A stretch of 31,526 nucleotides of DNA from Ascoidea asiatica JCM 7603 (Eukaryota > Fungi > Ascomycota), in contig BCKQ01000018.1 of NCBI GenBank assembly GCA_001600695.1, forward strand, positions 270,194 through 301,719. The letters run 5' to 3'. This document shows positions 20,196 through 31,429 of the stretch, one piece after another. A program made the translations under genes and the position numbers. Below the pieces are notes generated by a model. The model was not told the DNA's origin and did not search any database. It saw only the letters and a list, made by a program, of their open reading frames with translations. The stretch's first letter is position 1. Each line of letters starts with the position of its first letter.

Positions 20196-21693
20196 AAAAC
20201 TTTGTTATACAGATGTGTGCGTAAACTAGGTTTAGATTTTGATTTGAGGCGCATCTGCCGGCCGAGCTCTATAATTTCTTACTTTCTTTTTAGAACTCCG
20301 GTTTTGCTTTTTTTTTAGGATAAATCCTCTAAATGTACGGTAAGAAAACCAAAAAATACAACCAGATGTATGAAATGTCTGTTTGAAGATAATTTGCTAA
20401 TTTAAATTTTAATGACTATGTGACTCTTTTGCCAAGCATAATTTTTTTCACGAATTTAAATTTCTGGTAAAATATTTTTTTTAATACAAAATTTTATGAT
20501 TTAAACCAAAAAGAAATAACTTATTCTAAAAATTTAATGTCTACAAAAGCTATTGTAAAACTGTTCTAAAACATTCTTCATTTGATACTACTATCAAGTG
20601 GTCTAGATCTTTTTTGATTTGCCTATTTTGGAGACCCTTGATTAGCAGAAATTTGATTTCAGGAACAATTAGTAGGAATATTTATTCTTTTAGGAAATAT
20701 GGCTGTAGAGACCCGCAGATTTTGTAAAGCAGCAATGCAGTTGTTTTGTAACTTAAACTAATTGGCATTTTCCCTTTTTTGTTCTTCTTCTCTTTCTTTG
20801 GACTTTAAAAACATTTTGGTTAATTAAACTTTTTTGTCAGATTCAATAAAGTCGAAAACAAATTACTATCTTAGCAAAAATTTTAATTTTAATTTCCGGT
20901 TCAGTAGATAGGAATACAATTAAAAAGTTTAAAATTATTCAAAGCTGTCAAACAGCCAATAATATCAAGCTCTTGAATTTAATTAGTATAACAGAAACTT
21001 CGTTATTCGTTAATTTTTTTTTGGTTTTGCTAAAAAAAAAACAAATGAATCTTAACCTTAAACCCAAACATATGCAGTCTGCTTAAAAAAGAAACTATTA
21101 GATAACATTCTCTAAAAAAATTTACAAATTTGTAAACAAAAACAATAACAATAATAAAAACAAAAGAAGATTTTTAATTTAGAATTTATAATACATGTAA
21201 AATTTAACCAAGTATAATTTCTAATCCATTTTTTTCAAAAACCTCGCATATTTTGATGCATTCATGTTAAGTCTTTTCTTTTAAACAACGGTTAATCCCC
21301 CATTTTTTCTACCAATTATTTCCTTTGATATTCTTATTTTTTTGATCTCGAATTTATTTAGTCTTAACATTTAAAACTAAACAAAATACCATAAATATCA
21401 AAAGACAAAACAATTATAGTACAATCTTATTATAAATTTGTTTCTGTTCAGAAAACTATCACATTCCTTTTAAAAAAAATATAAAACCAGTTTAACTTGT
21501 CATTCCTTTCAACTTGCTTAAACTAGGCTATCAATCATTCTTTTAAAGTTGCCTGAAATTTCTATTTTCATCTCAAGCCTTTAGCTTTCTAGCTTTCTTA
21601 CTTTCATTAACTTTCATTCCCTTTCTATTTTTTTGGTAAATCGTCTTATTATTTTACTGTATTTTCTCACTAATTTATTTTGCTTATTACAAT

Positions 21694-22611
21694 ATGCTAT
21701 TATCTAAAACTTTCATCTTATTAATCGCTGCCGGCGTTCAAGCAATTCCAATCCAGCAACGTCCCCTTCATCATTCTCATCATGCACATAAAAAAGCTGA
21801 GGTAACTTGTGATTTCCCCGATGATCTTGGTTTAGTAAGTGCAAACTCCAAAGGTGATCGGGGAGGTTGGGCTATAGCTGTAGATCAAAAATGTACTGCT
21901 GGCTCTTATTGTCCATATGCTTGCCCACCAGGTCAATTAATGGCCCAATGGGACCCTGAGGCTACATCTTATACTTACCCACAAAGTCAATATGGTGGCT
22001 TGTATTGTAATGAAGATGGTACCTTATCAAAACCATATTCCAGCAAAGCTTATTGTTATGAAGGTAAAGGCACTTTATCAGTTTCCAATAAAATGTCAAA
22101 AAATGTGGCATTTTGTCAAACTGTTTTACCAGGTAACGAAGAAATGTCAATTCCTACCAACGTGAAAGCTAATAAAGAACAAACTTTAGCTGTTCCAGGA
22201 ACAGATTATTGGGCTGGAACTGCTGCTCATTATTATATTAACCCTCCAGGAGTTTCTATTGAAGATGGATGTACATGGGGTTCGACAGCTAACCCTTATG
22301 GAAATTGGTCACCATTTGTTGCTGGTGCAAATATGGATGATAGTGGAAATACTTATGTAAAAATTGGCTGGAATCCAATTTGGTTAGAAGATTCAAGTCC
22401 ATATAAAAACACTACACCAGATTTTGGTATTAGAATTACCTGCGATGATGAAAGTAAATGTGTTGGTTTATCTTGTTCAATCAACCCAAGTGAAGATGGA
22501 ATCAATGGAGTTTCCAGTGATGAAAGTTCCGTTGGCGCCGGTGGAGCAGCCTTTTGTATTGTCACTGCCCAAAGTGGTGCTTCCGCCAAAATCGAAGTCT
22601 TTTCCACTTAA
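21694..22611 (+). CDS. Secreted SUN-family (GH132-like) protein, YMR244W/Adg3-like, 305 aa
   Basis: Signal peptide and His-rich pro-segment HHSHHAHKK. SUN-domain Cys pattern C...YCPYACPPGQLMAQWD...GGLYC, FCQTVLPGNEEM, AAHYYINPPGVS, CTWG and GNWSPFVAG. Confidence 0.9.
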   Translation: MLLSKTFILLIAAGVQAIPIQQRPLHHSHHAHKKAEVTCDFPDDLGLVSANSKGDRGGWAIAVDQKCTAGSYCPYACPPGQLMAQWDPEATSYTYPQSQYGGLYCNEDGTLSKPYSSKAYCYEGKGTLSVSNKMSKNVAFCQTVLPGNEEMSIPTNVKANKEQTLAVPGTDYWAGTAAHYYINPPGVSIEDGCTWGSTANPYGNWSPFVAGANMDDSGNTYVKIGWNPIWLEDSSPYKNTTPDFGIRITCDDESKCVGLSCSINPSEDGINGVSSDESSVGAGGAAFCIVTAQSGASAKIEVFST

Positions 22612-23338
22612 AAGCGACCTTTATTTGTAATCTCTTTTTATACCTTATAATTACTATTATTTTTGAAAAAAATTTTGCTATTTGTAGAAGTTCAGAAATG
22701 GGTATATTAAACCTCAGTGATCTTAAAGGATTTAAATATTCCCTTATAAGAGACAATAAAAGCAATAAAAAACATTAGTTCAAATTAGTTGATTAGTTAT
22801 CAGCACTAATACTTAAGTGTTAAATCACTCTATGCAAATAAATATATCCATATATTGTTTCTGTCAACTATTCTTAATGCTATTAGAATGCTCTTCATGA
22901 AAGTCAAAATCTGCTGAATTAGATGCTGATATTCAGAGACAGTACTTTGCTTTGTTGTCTTTAGCATTTTTTACCGTATTAATTTGGATTTAAACAGACC
23001 AAACTAATGAGTAGCAAAAAACCATCGGTAATTGGAAATATTAGTCCTTTTCTTAAACCCATTATAAACATTTGCCCAATATTTCATCATCAATGCAGCT
23101 TAGCTCTTTTCTGAGCCAAATCCATGAAAATAGAAACACTTGAATGAACCTGAGTTTAGCTCTCAATGAAAAAATAATGATCTTTACTTTTGATGAATTC
23201 TTTTTCTTTTTATTTATCAGTTAAAACATGTGCCTAATTTAATATTAGCAGATTTATTGGTGAACAAAAAGGTGTTGAAATTTTGGATCTTTAAGCGCGC
23301 ATTTTTGCTTTGCGGGAGGGAACGTTGAAGCCTTTCAC

Positions 23339-23346
23339 TTTCGCGT
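23339..23346 (-). promoter_or_regulatory. MCB/SCB-like G1/S element ACGCGAAA upstream of MHF1
   Basis: TTTCGCGT about 115 bp upstream of the MHF1 ATG in otherwise CpG-poor DNA. Plausible for a DNA-repair/kinetochore gene. Confidence 0.35.
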
Positions 23347-23460
23347 TTCAAATTAAATATTGTGTTTTTATGTACAAATAATGATCAATCTCTTCAATTT
23401 ATATAAATAGTATACGTTTAATTTAGATAAAATTGAAATCACAATAATAATTTGATTATT

Positions 23461-24012
23461 ATGAAACAACTAACGGAAGAGGAAAAAGAAACAGCTAGTG
23501 TGCGTATTTTTTAAAATGGACAAGTTATATACATTTAATAAAACGAAATACTAATAAGGAATTTTTAGCATTTGAAAGCCAGATTATGGCTATCGGTAGC
23601 AAAGATGGTAGAAGAAGAAACAAAGAATCTCAACGTAGCTGCAACTCCAACTTTCACAGCAGCTTTAGTTGAGTTGGTTTTCAATCAAATATTATCAGTT
23701 GGAGATGATCTAGAATGTTTTGCAAAACACGCTAAAAGAAAAACTATACTTCCAGATGACCTATATATGATAACAAGAAAAAATCCAATGTTAACAGAAA
23801 TTTTGAAAGAATATGAACAAGAAGTCCGAAACAAGTCCTCTACTGAAAATCTGGAGCCTCAAAAAAATATTGAGAACAAGAATGTACAATATAATAGTAA
23901 AACAAGGAATCTTTCTGATAGTTTTGATGATATTGATAGTGGTGATGATGAGATGGAAGATGGATTAGATGAAGAATTTGCAAATATAGGCAATAGACCA
24001 ATCAAAAGATGA
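23461..24012 (+). CDS. MHF1: MHF histone-fold subunit 1 / CENP-S; exons 23461-23499 and 23569-24012, 160 aa
   Basis: The spliced product MKQLTEEEKETAS|HLKARLW...TPTFTAALVELVF...DLECFAKHAKRKTI..DDL matches the Mhf1/CENP-S histone fold. The track start at 23572 is an internal TTG. Confidence 0.9.
23500..23568 (+). other. Spliceosomal intron in MHF1 (69 nt, phase 0)
   Basis: Donor GTGCGT, branch TACTAAT (23549-23555), acceptor TTTTTAG. Removal joins ATG 23461 in frame; the intron has an in-frame TAA. Confidence 0.8.
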
Positions 24013-24162
24013 TGATCTTGAGTTTGTTTGCTTTATGTAGACTTGTTCTAGCTTTAAACTCGATATTTAATCTGTTTCCAATATGATTTTTAATGTATAA
24101 TAGTTTTTTTTAATTTCTATTTTTATTATGTTCTAAAATTTTTCTTTTATTTTTTTTTTTTT

Positions 24163-25473
24163 TTAACTTTTAGATCTCTTAAAGCTTTCATCAATTTCAA
24201 GATCCCTGAACTCTTTTGACTTTCTTTTAGTTCTAGTAGAATCCTTGAACCAAGGAGATCTAGAATTTCTGCTTGTATCCTCTTCTCTTAAACTCTTATA
24301 TTTTCCCCTATTCTTAACACCTGTATAACTAGAATCGTAAATAATTTCGGTAACCTGTTTGATATCTCTTTCTTTGAAAATTTGCTGATCTTGATAATAT
24401 GCACCTTTATGATAATATTTATGCTTTCTATTTTTACTGTTAATTTCTTCTACTTTGGCAATTTCATAAATTGAACTCTCATTATTTTTAAGATTAACTT
24501 CTTTCATTTTTCTCATTTCTTGATATTCTTTTTCTTTGGCTTCTTTCTCCTTGGATCTTTTTTCTTTGAAATATTTCTCTTTTTCAGAATCCGATAAATT
24601 CTTAAAATCTTCTAGTTCTTCCAATTCTTTTTCCAAAGCTTCAAGCCTTTTTCTTTTTCTTTCTGACCTTTTGCGACATCTTTCTCGCCAATGTAACCTC
24701 TCTAACTCAGGATCCAAGTTATCTGTATCATCTATTCCACCTAAATCTTCTTCTTTGGATTCTTCGAGAATTCTCTTCGCCTGAGCTTCATTCAATATCA
24801 CTCTTTCGATTTTTTTTATCGTCATTTCTTTTCCATTATTGAGATTTCCAGTTTTGTCTAGATTTTTATTGAACTTTCTCTTTCTCCTAAAAAATTTGAT
24901 TAGTATCTTACTTATAAAAAGGATATTATAAAATGTAATATGAAAAACTTACTTCGAGATAAAAATAGGTGCTGAAGGCTCTGGATTATCTTCCTCAGAA
25001 CTAGAGTCGCTTTCTTCACCATTTTCAGAAATATCAGAACTATCAGATTGATCAGAACTAGTAGAGCCTCCAAACTCTTCGGAAATTTCAGACTTTTCAG
25101 GAGTTGTAACTTTTTCAAAATTGTTACAATCCTCACCGTTTTTTTTTTCCAATATTTTCAATTTCTCAACTATACCAGGGGTATTTTTACTTTTTGAAAC
25201 TGAAGCATTTTTTATATTAACGGCTGATTTGTGATACTTTATATCGTTCATTTCCTCTTTTATTTGAGTTCCAGAGTCAAAGTCTTTTTGTCTTCTTATT
25301 CTGGAATTATTTTGTCTACTGCTAATAATATCGACTTTTTTTAAAGGCAGATTTGTAATATTTTCATTATTTTTCTTGTCAAAATCATTTTCACTTTCCC
25401 CTTCATCACTTGATGAATTTGATTCTGAAGAAGGATATGATCTTCCTGCAAAATATCGTTTTGTACTTGCCAT
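24163..25473 (-). CDS. SPP381: MFAP1/Spp381/Saf3-family spliceosomal B-complex protein; exons 25473-24953 and 24886-24163, 414 aa
   Basis: N-terminal KRYFAGR, acidic Ser/Glu blocks, PIFISK|RKRK across the junction, DDTDNLDPELERLHWRER, an ER/K-rich helix and KYYHKGAYYQD, all typical of MFAP1. The two track ORFs join in frame after intron removal. The symbol is by family orthology. Confidence 0.82.
24887..24952 (-). other. Spliceosomal intron in the MFAP1-like gene (66 nt, phase 2)
   Basis: Donor GTAAGT (24952-24947), branch TACTAAT (24905-24899), acceptor TTTTTTAG. The AA|G junction restores a Lys codon in frame with ORF 24163-24825. Confidence 0.88.
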
Positions 25474-26201
25474 TTTATTAATTTCTAAAGAGTTTGTGAA
25501 CAATACATATGCAATCTAATTCAATTAAAGTAAAAATGCATATATCAGTTCGCCCAATATCATAACATTGTTTTACTTTTTTTTAAGGTAAAATTAAAAA
25601 TATTTTTTGTATTATTTATTGAATGTCTTTTAAAAGCTTTGGCACCCGTCAAAATGGTCTCAAACTTTTTTCGAGGCCTATCGAGTAAATAATGTTTTTT
25701 AAGTAAATGTTTATACATAATTCAATAGAAATCAAGTTGTGAAAATTTGGTTCAACTTTTCAATGTTAAATCTGATCGAAAATATCAAAAAATGATTAAA
25801 TAATCAAAATTAAATTAGAAAAATAAGCTTGGAAATTTAATCAAAATATTCTTTTGGAATATTTTTCAACTCTAAAATATTAGAGTTACAGTATTTTAGA
25901 ATTTTTAAAAAGGATAAAATTAAAATCAAGCTTATAATTTACTAAGTTGAATAGAAAAATAAATTTATTTAAAAAAAAGGCACATTGTTATATAACATGG
26001 ATAACTTTTATGGAGAGTGTGATTGATTTACATGAAAGGAAAAGAATATTGATAGAAAAAATATTTCCAGAAAAAACAGAACTTATAATAATCTCATAAA
26101 GACATATAATAGATGTGAATGAGCATTACAAAGCACAAACATTAGAAATTTATAATGTTCTATATTATTTCATCTAAAGATCTAAGTGCTTGCTGCTAAA
26201 C

Positions 26202-26493
26202 TTATTTTTTCTCAGCCTTAGCTAAGTATTCAATGATAAACTTTTCTTCCTCTGGAGAGGCAGCATTTAATGGAGGAGTTGTAGGTTTAGCACATGATTT
26301 GAAAGGATTTGGGATAACAAGAAGACTAGCGAGACCAATAGTTCCAATTGCTAACTATTTTTTCCATTTATTAATGGTGATGTTAGTAATTTTTTCAAAA
26401 TTTCATTTCAAATTCTCTTTCTATTATTTATAAGGAAAAAAGACATACATAATGTGATGGGATAGCTCTACCAGCAATAATGTAACCTGCCAT
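26202..26493 (-). CDS. ATP19: Mitochondrial ATP synthase subunit k; exons 26493-26449 and 26354-26202, 65 aa
   Basis: Spliced translation MAGYIIAGRAIPSHY|LAIGTIGLASLLVIPNPFKSCAKPTTPPLNAASPEEEKFIIEYLAKAEKK*. Matches the Atp19 pattern (Y..G.AIP.H.LAIGT.G, PNPFKS, EEKFI..YL). Confidence 0.95.
26355..26448 (-). other. Spliceosomal intron in ATP19 (94 nt, phase 0)
   Basis: Canonical GTATGT (26448-26443), TACTAAC (26388-26382) and TAG (26357-26355). Confidence 0.93.
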
Positions 26494-26652
26494 TTTTGAA
26501 TATGAATTTTCTATTTGTGTATTTTAATTATTTGGAATTTAAAGCTATATGGTTCCTATTTGACTTGTAACTTCTTTTCTTCCTCAAGAAATAAATCCAA
26601 ACAGACTTGAAATTTTCAAATTAAATGAAAAGATACCTTTAATTCAGCTTTT

Positions 26653-26688
26653 TGATTGGGCAAAACACAAAAGCAGAGAGGTCACATG
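26653..26688 (-). promoter_or_regulatory. Hap2/3/4/5 CCAATCA box and Cbf1-type GTCACATG upstream of ATP19
   Basis: TGATTGG at 26653-26659 and GTCACATG at 26681-26688, 160-195 bp upstream of the ATG. Hap control of ATP synthase genes is established in yeasts. Confidence 0.5.
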
Positions 26689-27228
26689 TCGAGTATATTA
26701 AGCGTAAGAGATCCCCATTTCAATTTGAAGCCAAAAATTCGGTACCGTAACAAACCCTAAAAAAACGCTTTTTTGAAACTATAATTTTCATGCTTTTACT
26801 TTCAATTACAAGTTCTTAAATTAGGCTTTACAAAGATTTTTTTTTTTTGAATATCAATCCACCAAGTACGAGTGACGTCTTAAATTGAATTAACCAATAC
26901 AAAATGTAAATTTTCAAGCTTTTGAAGATCTTGATTATAAAAAAAAATGAAGAAAGAATGACTTGAGAACAAATAAATAAAAGAAAAAAACTCATGATAT
27001 CCAGTGAACAAAAAGATTTGAGATAAATTTAAATATTAAGAATTAAATCAACGGAAAAAAGAAATGAAAATGAAAATCTAAGTTTTAGTGATTAACCTAA
27101 TATAGTGAAGATTAATTAAATAAGAACGACTTCAAAAATTATTCCCAGTAGAATGTCAGATGAAGGATAAGTAAAAGTTAGAGAAATATAAAAGACATTA
27201 AAAATCATTAAACCAAGAAAGATTGATC

Positions 27229-30200
27229 TCAAATTTTGGGTATGACCTTTCTTCGGTATTTTAGCAGTACATCCGTACTTGATTTCCATATTTTAGTCTT
27301 TACTGTTAATAAGGTCAAATCGGAAGGTAAGACTTTATCATTACATAAAAGTTCTAACCATTCCTCTGGATTAATTTTATTTACCATTTCATTTGTGGGA
27401 GGATCAAACTTAGCTATAACATAATTCAATATTTTCTTCATCCTTATCGATTTTATAGCAGTTAATCTAACAGTAGTTGGCCCTATTCCTGGTAAGGGAG
27501 GGTACATTTTTTCAAAACTTTTCCTAGCTTTCAACATTGATGATGAAGTTTTTGAACTTTGCTCAGCTGTCCATTTCTCAAGAACAAATGTTATTTTCGG
27601 GGACTCTTTCTCATTATAGGTATTTTTCAATAGAGCCTTTCCTGCCCATAAGGGAAGTACATATCTCAACTGTTTAAAAGTACCCTCATTTAGAGAAACT
27701 TGATCCAAGTAGCACGAGAATAAATTTATCGAGTTACCTTTTAAAATTGAAAGTTGTTGATTAATCAATAATAAAATTTTGACCTTTTTATGACTTGTTC
27801 CACTGCTATCAACTTGGTTAACGTAATGAGTAAGGGTCTTTATAACAGGTATTGCCAATCTAGAAGGAATTTCAAATAACGTCTTCTTTAAAGCATTTAT
27901 ATCTTGTGATGTACTGTATTCCATACGAACATCCTTAATAACATTCGAAAATGAATCTTCACTTTCTGGATTCTTTACACTTGGGGTTAATGAAGAAGAG
28001 GAATCGTTCAATAAATCTGCACTGGAATTCAATTTTGAAGAAAGTTTTTCACTTGAATTTGACGAATTATTAGAATTGTTCAATCCCGCAGTTTTTTTAC
28101 TTTCTGTGCTTTTATTAGATTTCTTTTTGAAAAAACTTTTGAAACTAGACTCTTTATTATGCTCTTTTGTTGTTTGGGGTATGGAAGAAGTAGAATCCTG
28201 ATGAGGTAATATAGGTGGGATTGATGGTAATTCTGTCGAGTCAGTTAACTTTGAACTATTAGTACTTTCTTCCTTTTCATTATTTTCTATTTGTTTTATT
28301 CTTTTTTGTCTATATTTTTCATCCAATATTACTTCTTCTTTAACTAATCTATACATTAGTGATTTTAATATTATTTTTCCTAAATTATATCGAATCTCGG
28401 AATCATCCAGAATTTCACCTCCGTCATAATCTTTAGTGTGATAAAGATTATTTTGTGAACCATCATCTATACATTCTCCATATGCCTTCATTAATTCATC
28501 CTTGTAAACCTCAGTATCCAAATATGTTTTCTCATCAATTGTTATAAATAATTTTCCAATTTTTATACAAACTTTACACCAATTTGGTAAAGTTTCATAA
28601 GTTTGATATTTATGTACAATATTTTCAAACATTTGATAATTTTTGTTTTCATAATCATTGATCATAGAATCATTATCTTCTAAATCGGAAGAAGAATCAA
28701 CTTCTCCATTATTTGCGAACAGCTTATTATTAGAAGATTTGATATCTTTTTTAGCATTATAGATTTTAACTATTGAACAAGTTAAAATGTCCCAGAATTT
28801 AACTTCTCCATTTGATTCTAAAGTTACAATATTTCTTCTATTATTTAATAATCTAAATTTTATGATAGAAGATTGTCCTTTAATTTTATCTAAGAATTGA
28901 TCATTTATAGGTTTTGCAAGTATTTGATGAGGAGGCAAAGGTTCAGATAAAATTTCTATTCTTAAATTATTTTTTTTATTTGAATTATCAACATTAATAA
29001 AAGGTGTAGTCAATAATCCGGATAATGATAAAAAACTTGAATCAAAAGTCACTTCATCATCTTGATTCAAATTATTACCTTGATTTAATAAATCCTCATT
29101 GCTTAAACTTGTTAAACTTAAAGACTCATCATTATAATTTGAGAAAGAATCTGTATTAGATAAAGAAGGAGAATTTGTATTATTACCGTTCATTAAATTA
29201 TTATTTGTTGGAGGAATTGTTTCTGAAGAAAACTGTGAAACTAAATCAAACAAATCATCATTGTCTACCATTGAATTTTGAGTTTGAATATTACCATTTA
29301 AAGATAAAAATGGATCATTTTGTAAAGATAATGAGCTTAAATTATTAGAAATATTTGAAATATCATTGTGAATATAATTATCTTTGAATTTAGAAAAATT
29401 TATTGATGAATCACTTATAAAATTATTATTGAATTGTTTAGTTATATAAAGAAATTGATATAAAAGTAAATTATTTAAATCAATATTTTTATAAGAGTGA
29501 ATGCAAGCTTTTTTAGTTGATGCCCAAATTTTTCCAAATGAAGAACTTTTATTTGAATTTTTTGAATCTTGTTCTACAGTTAAGGATAGAATGCCAGTAT
29601 TTTCTTTAGCTATTAGAACTGATACACCTAAATTTTCATTTAATTTATTATTTAAAAATTGAAAATCTTGATTATGAGTCTTATTATCATTTTCTTCAGT
29701 TTTAATTGTTTTATGATTGAAATCATCATTTATAATATCAGATGAATTATTATTATTGAAGTTATTAAAATTATTAAAACTATTTTTATTTTTTATTTTA
29801 TTCTTATTTTTATTTTTATTTTTGTTTTTATTTTTGTTTTTATTATCAAGACCATTAATTGAAGATTTATGTTTTGAGATTGATTTCAAATTTAAATTTA
29901 AATTTAAATTTAATTTTGAATTAGAAACAGATTTTCTTGGAGATGAAGAAGCTATTGGTAAATGAGATGAATTTATAGATTGATTATTACTTGAGTTTAA
30001 ATTTGAAATTCCAAAGAAATTTGAATTTGAATTTGAATTTGTTAAAGAATTTGATTTTGATAAAGAATTTGATTTAGAATTATAATTTGAATTAGATGTT
30101 GAAATTGATAATTTTGATTCTTCTTCATCACTACTATTTAAACAATTTTGATTATAATAATTATAATTTGAATTTCTTAAATCAGTTTTATATATATAAC

Positions 30201-30922
30201 CATTTTTATCACCAGAATAAAAAACTTTGAAATCTTTTAAATTACTATATAAAGACCAAATTGAAGAACTATGCATATCAAAAGTTTTAAAAACTCTATT
30301 ATTTTTTAAAGACCATAATTTTATTGTTGAATCTGAAGAACCTGATAATAACCATTCATCAGAAATTATTAAAGATTTGATATTATCAGTATGACCGATT
30401 AATTTAATTATTGATTTTGAAGTATTATAAATATTATAATTTGTTGAAGGAATTCTTTTATCAAAAATATGAATAATATTTTCAGTACCTCCAGAAGCAA
30501 TTAAATTGTTTGTTGAAGATAAAGCATAAATTGAACCTGGAGAATTTGAAGTTGAATTTAATTTTTGTAAATTATTAATATTAATATTTTGATTTTTATT
30601 TTTTTTATTAATATTATTATTAAAATTATTAAAATTATTATTATCATTATTTATATTATTATTACTGTTATTAATATTTGAATTATTTGAATTGTTAGTA
30701 TTTTGATCAGAAGATTGAAATTTTAAAGATAAATTTAAATTTTGATTTATTAAAGATTCTAAAGGCATTGAAGAAGTTGATAAAGAAATTGGAGAATAAT
30801 TTATTATATTTAATGAATAATTTATATCAAAAGGTAAATAAGATTGAATTTTACAATTTTTATTTAAATCCCAAATATTTATAAATTTATCAAAACCTGC
30901 AGAAGCAAACCAATTATAGTTT

Positions 30923-30954
<32 letters not shown>

Positions 30955-31429
30955 AGTATTATTTGAATTAAAATTTGAATTTGGAAATGCTAAACATTTA
31001 ACATAATCATTATGATAACCAATTGTTTGAACTTGATCAGTATTATAATTTAAAAGTTTAATTGAAAGATCAGAAGAACAAGAAATTAATTTTGAATTTG
31101 AATCAATAAATTGAAAATCGTTAATCCAATCAGTATGTAATTGATTAAATTTTTTAAGATTATATAAAGGTTTCTTCAATTTATTTGAATTAGTTAAAGG
31201 TAAACCATTTTTAATTAAATTTAAATTTAAATCTTTTAAAATATTATTATTTTGAACTAAATCATTTGAATTATAAGATTTATTTACATAATTTGATAAA
31301 TTATAATCATCAATTGAATTATTTGAATTTATTGATTCTTGAATTATTGACAGATTTTGATCATTTGATTGATTTTTATCATTAAATTCATTATTATTTT
31401 CAGATATTTGATTATTATTATCATTATTA

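Noticed and set aside
20103-20318. 71-aa GTG-initiated ORF next to the element
   Set aside because: Non-ATG start in a eukaryote and no transposase or other motifs.
21962-22778. Five short ORFs overlapping the SUN gene and its 3' end
   Set aside because: Alternative-frame or antisense by-products.
24163-25503. Pseudogene/frameshift or two separate genes
   Set aside because: A 66-nt intron with good signals joins the two ORFs in frame. The 24536 and 24912 ORFs are shadows.
26233-26433. 66-aa plus-strand ORF
   Set aside because: Antisense to ATP19 exon 2 and its intron.
26752-27180. Tbf1-like AAACCCTAA suggesting a downstream snoRNA
   Set aside because: No convincing C/D or H/ACA box pair with terminal stem found by eye.
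27236-29965. Plus-strand ORFs within DUF1 (62 and 82 aa)
   Set aside because: Antisense shadows; the FLFLFL run is the reverse complement of the Asn-Lys repeat.
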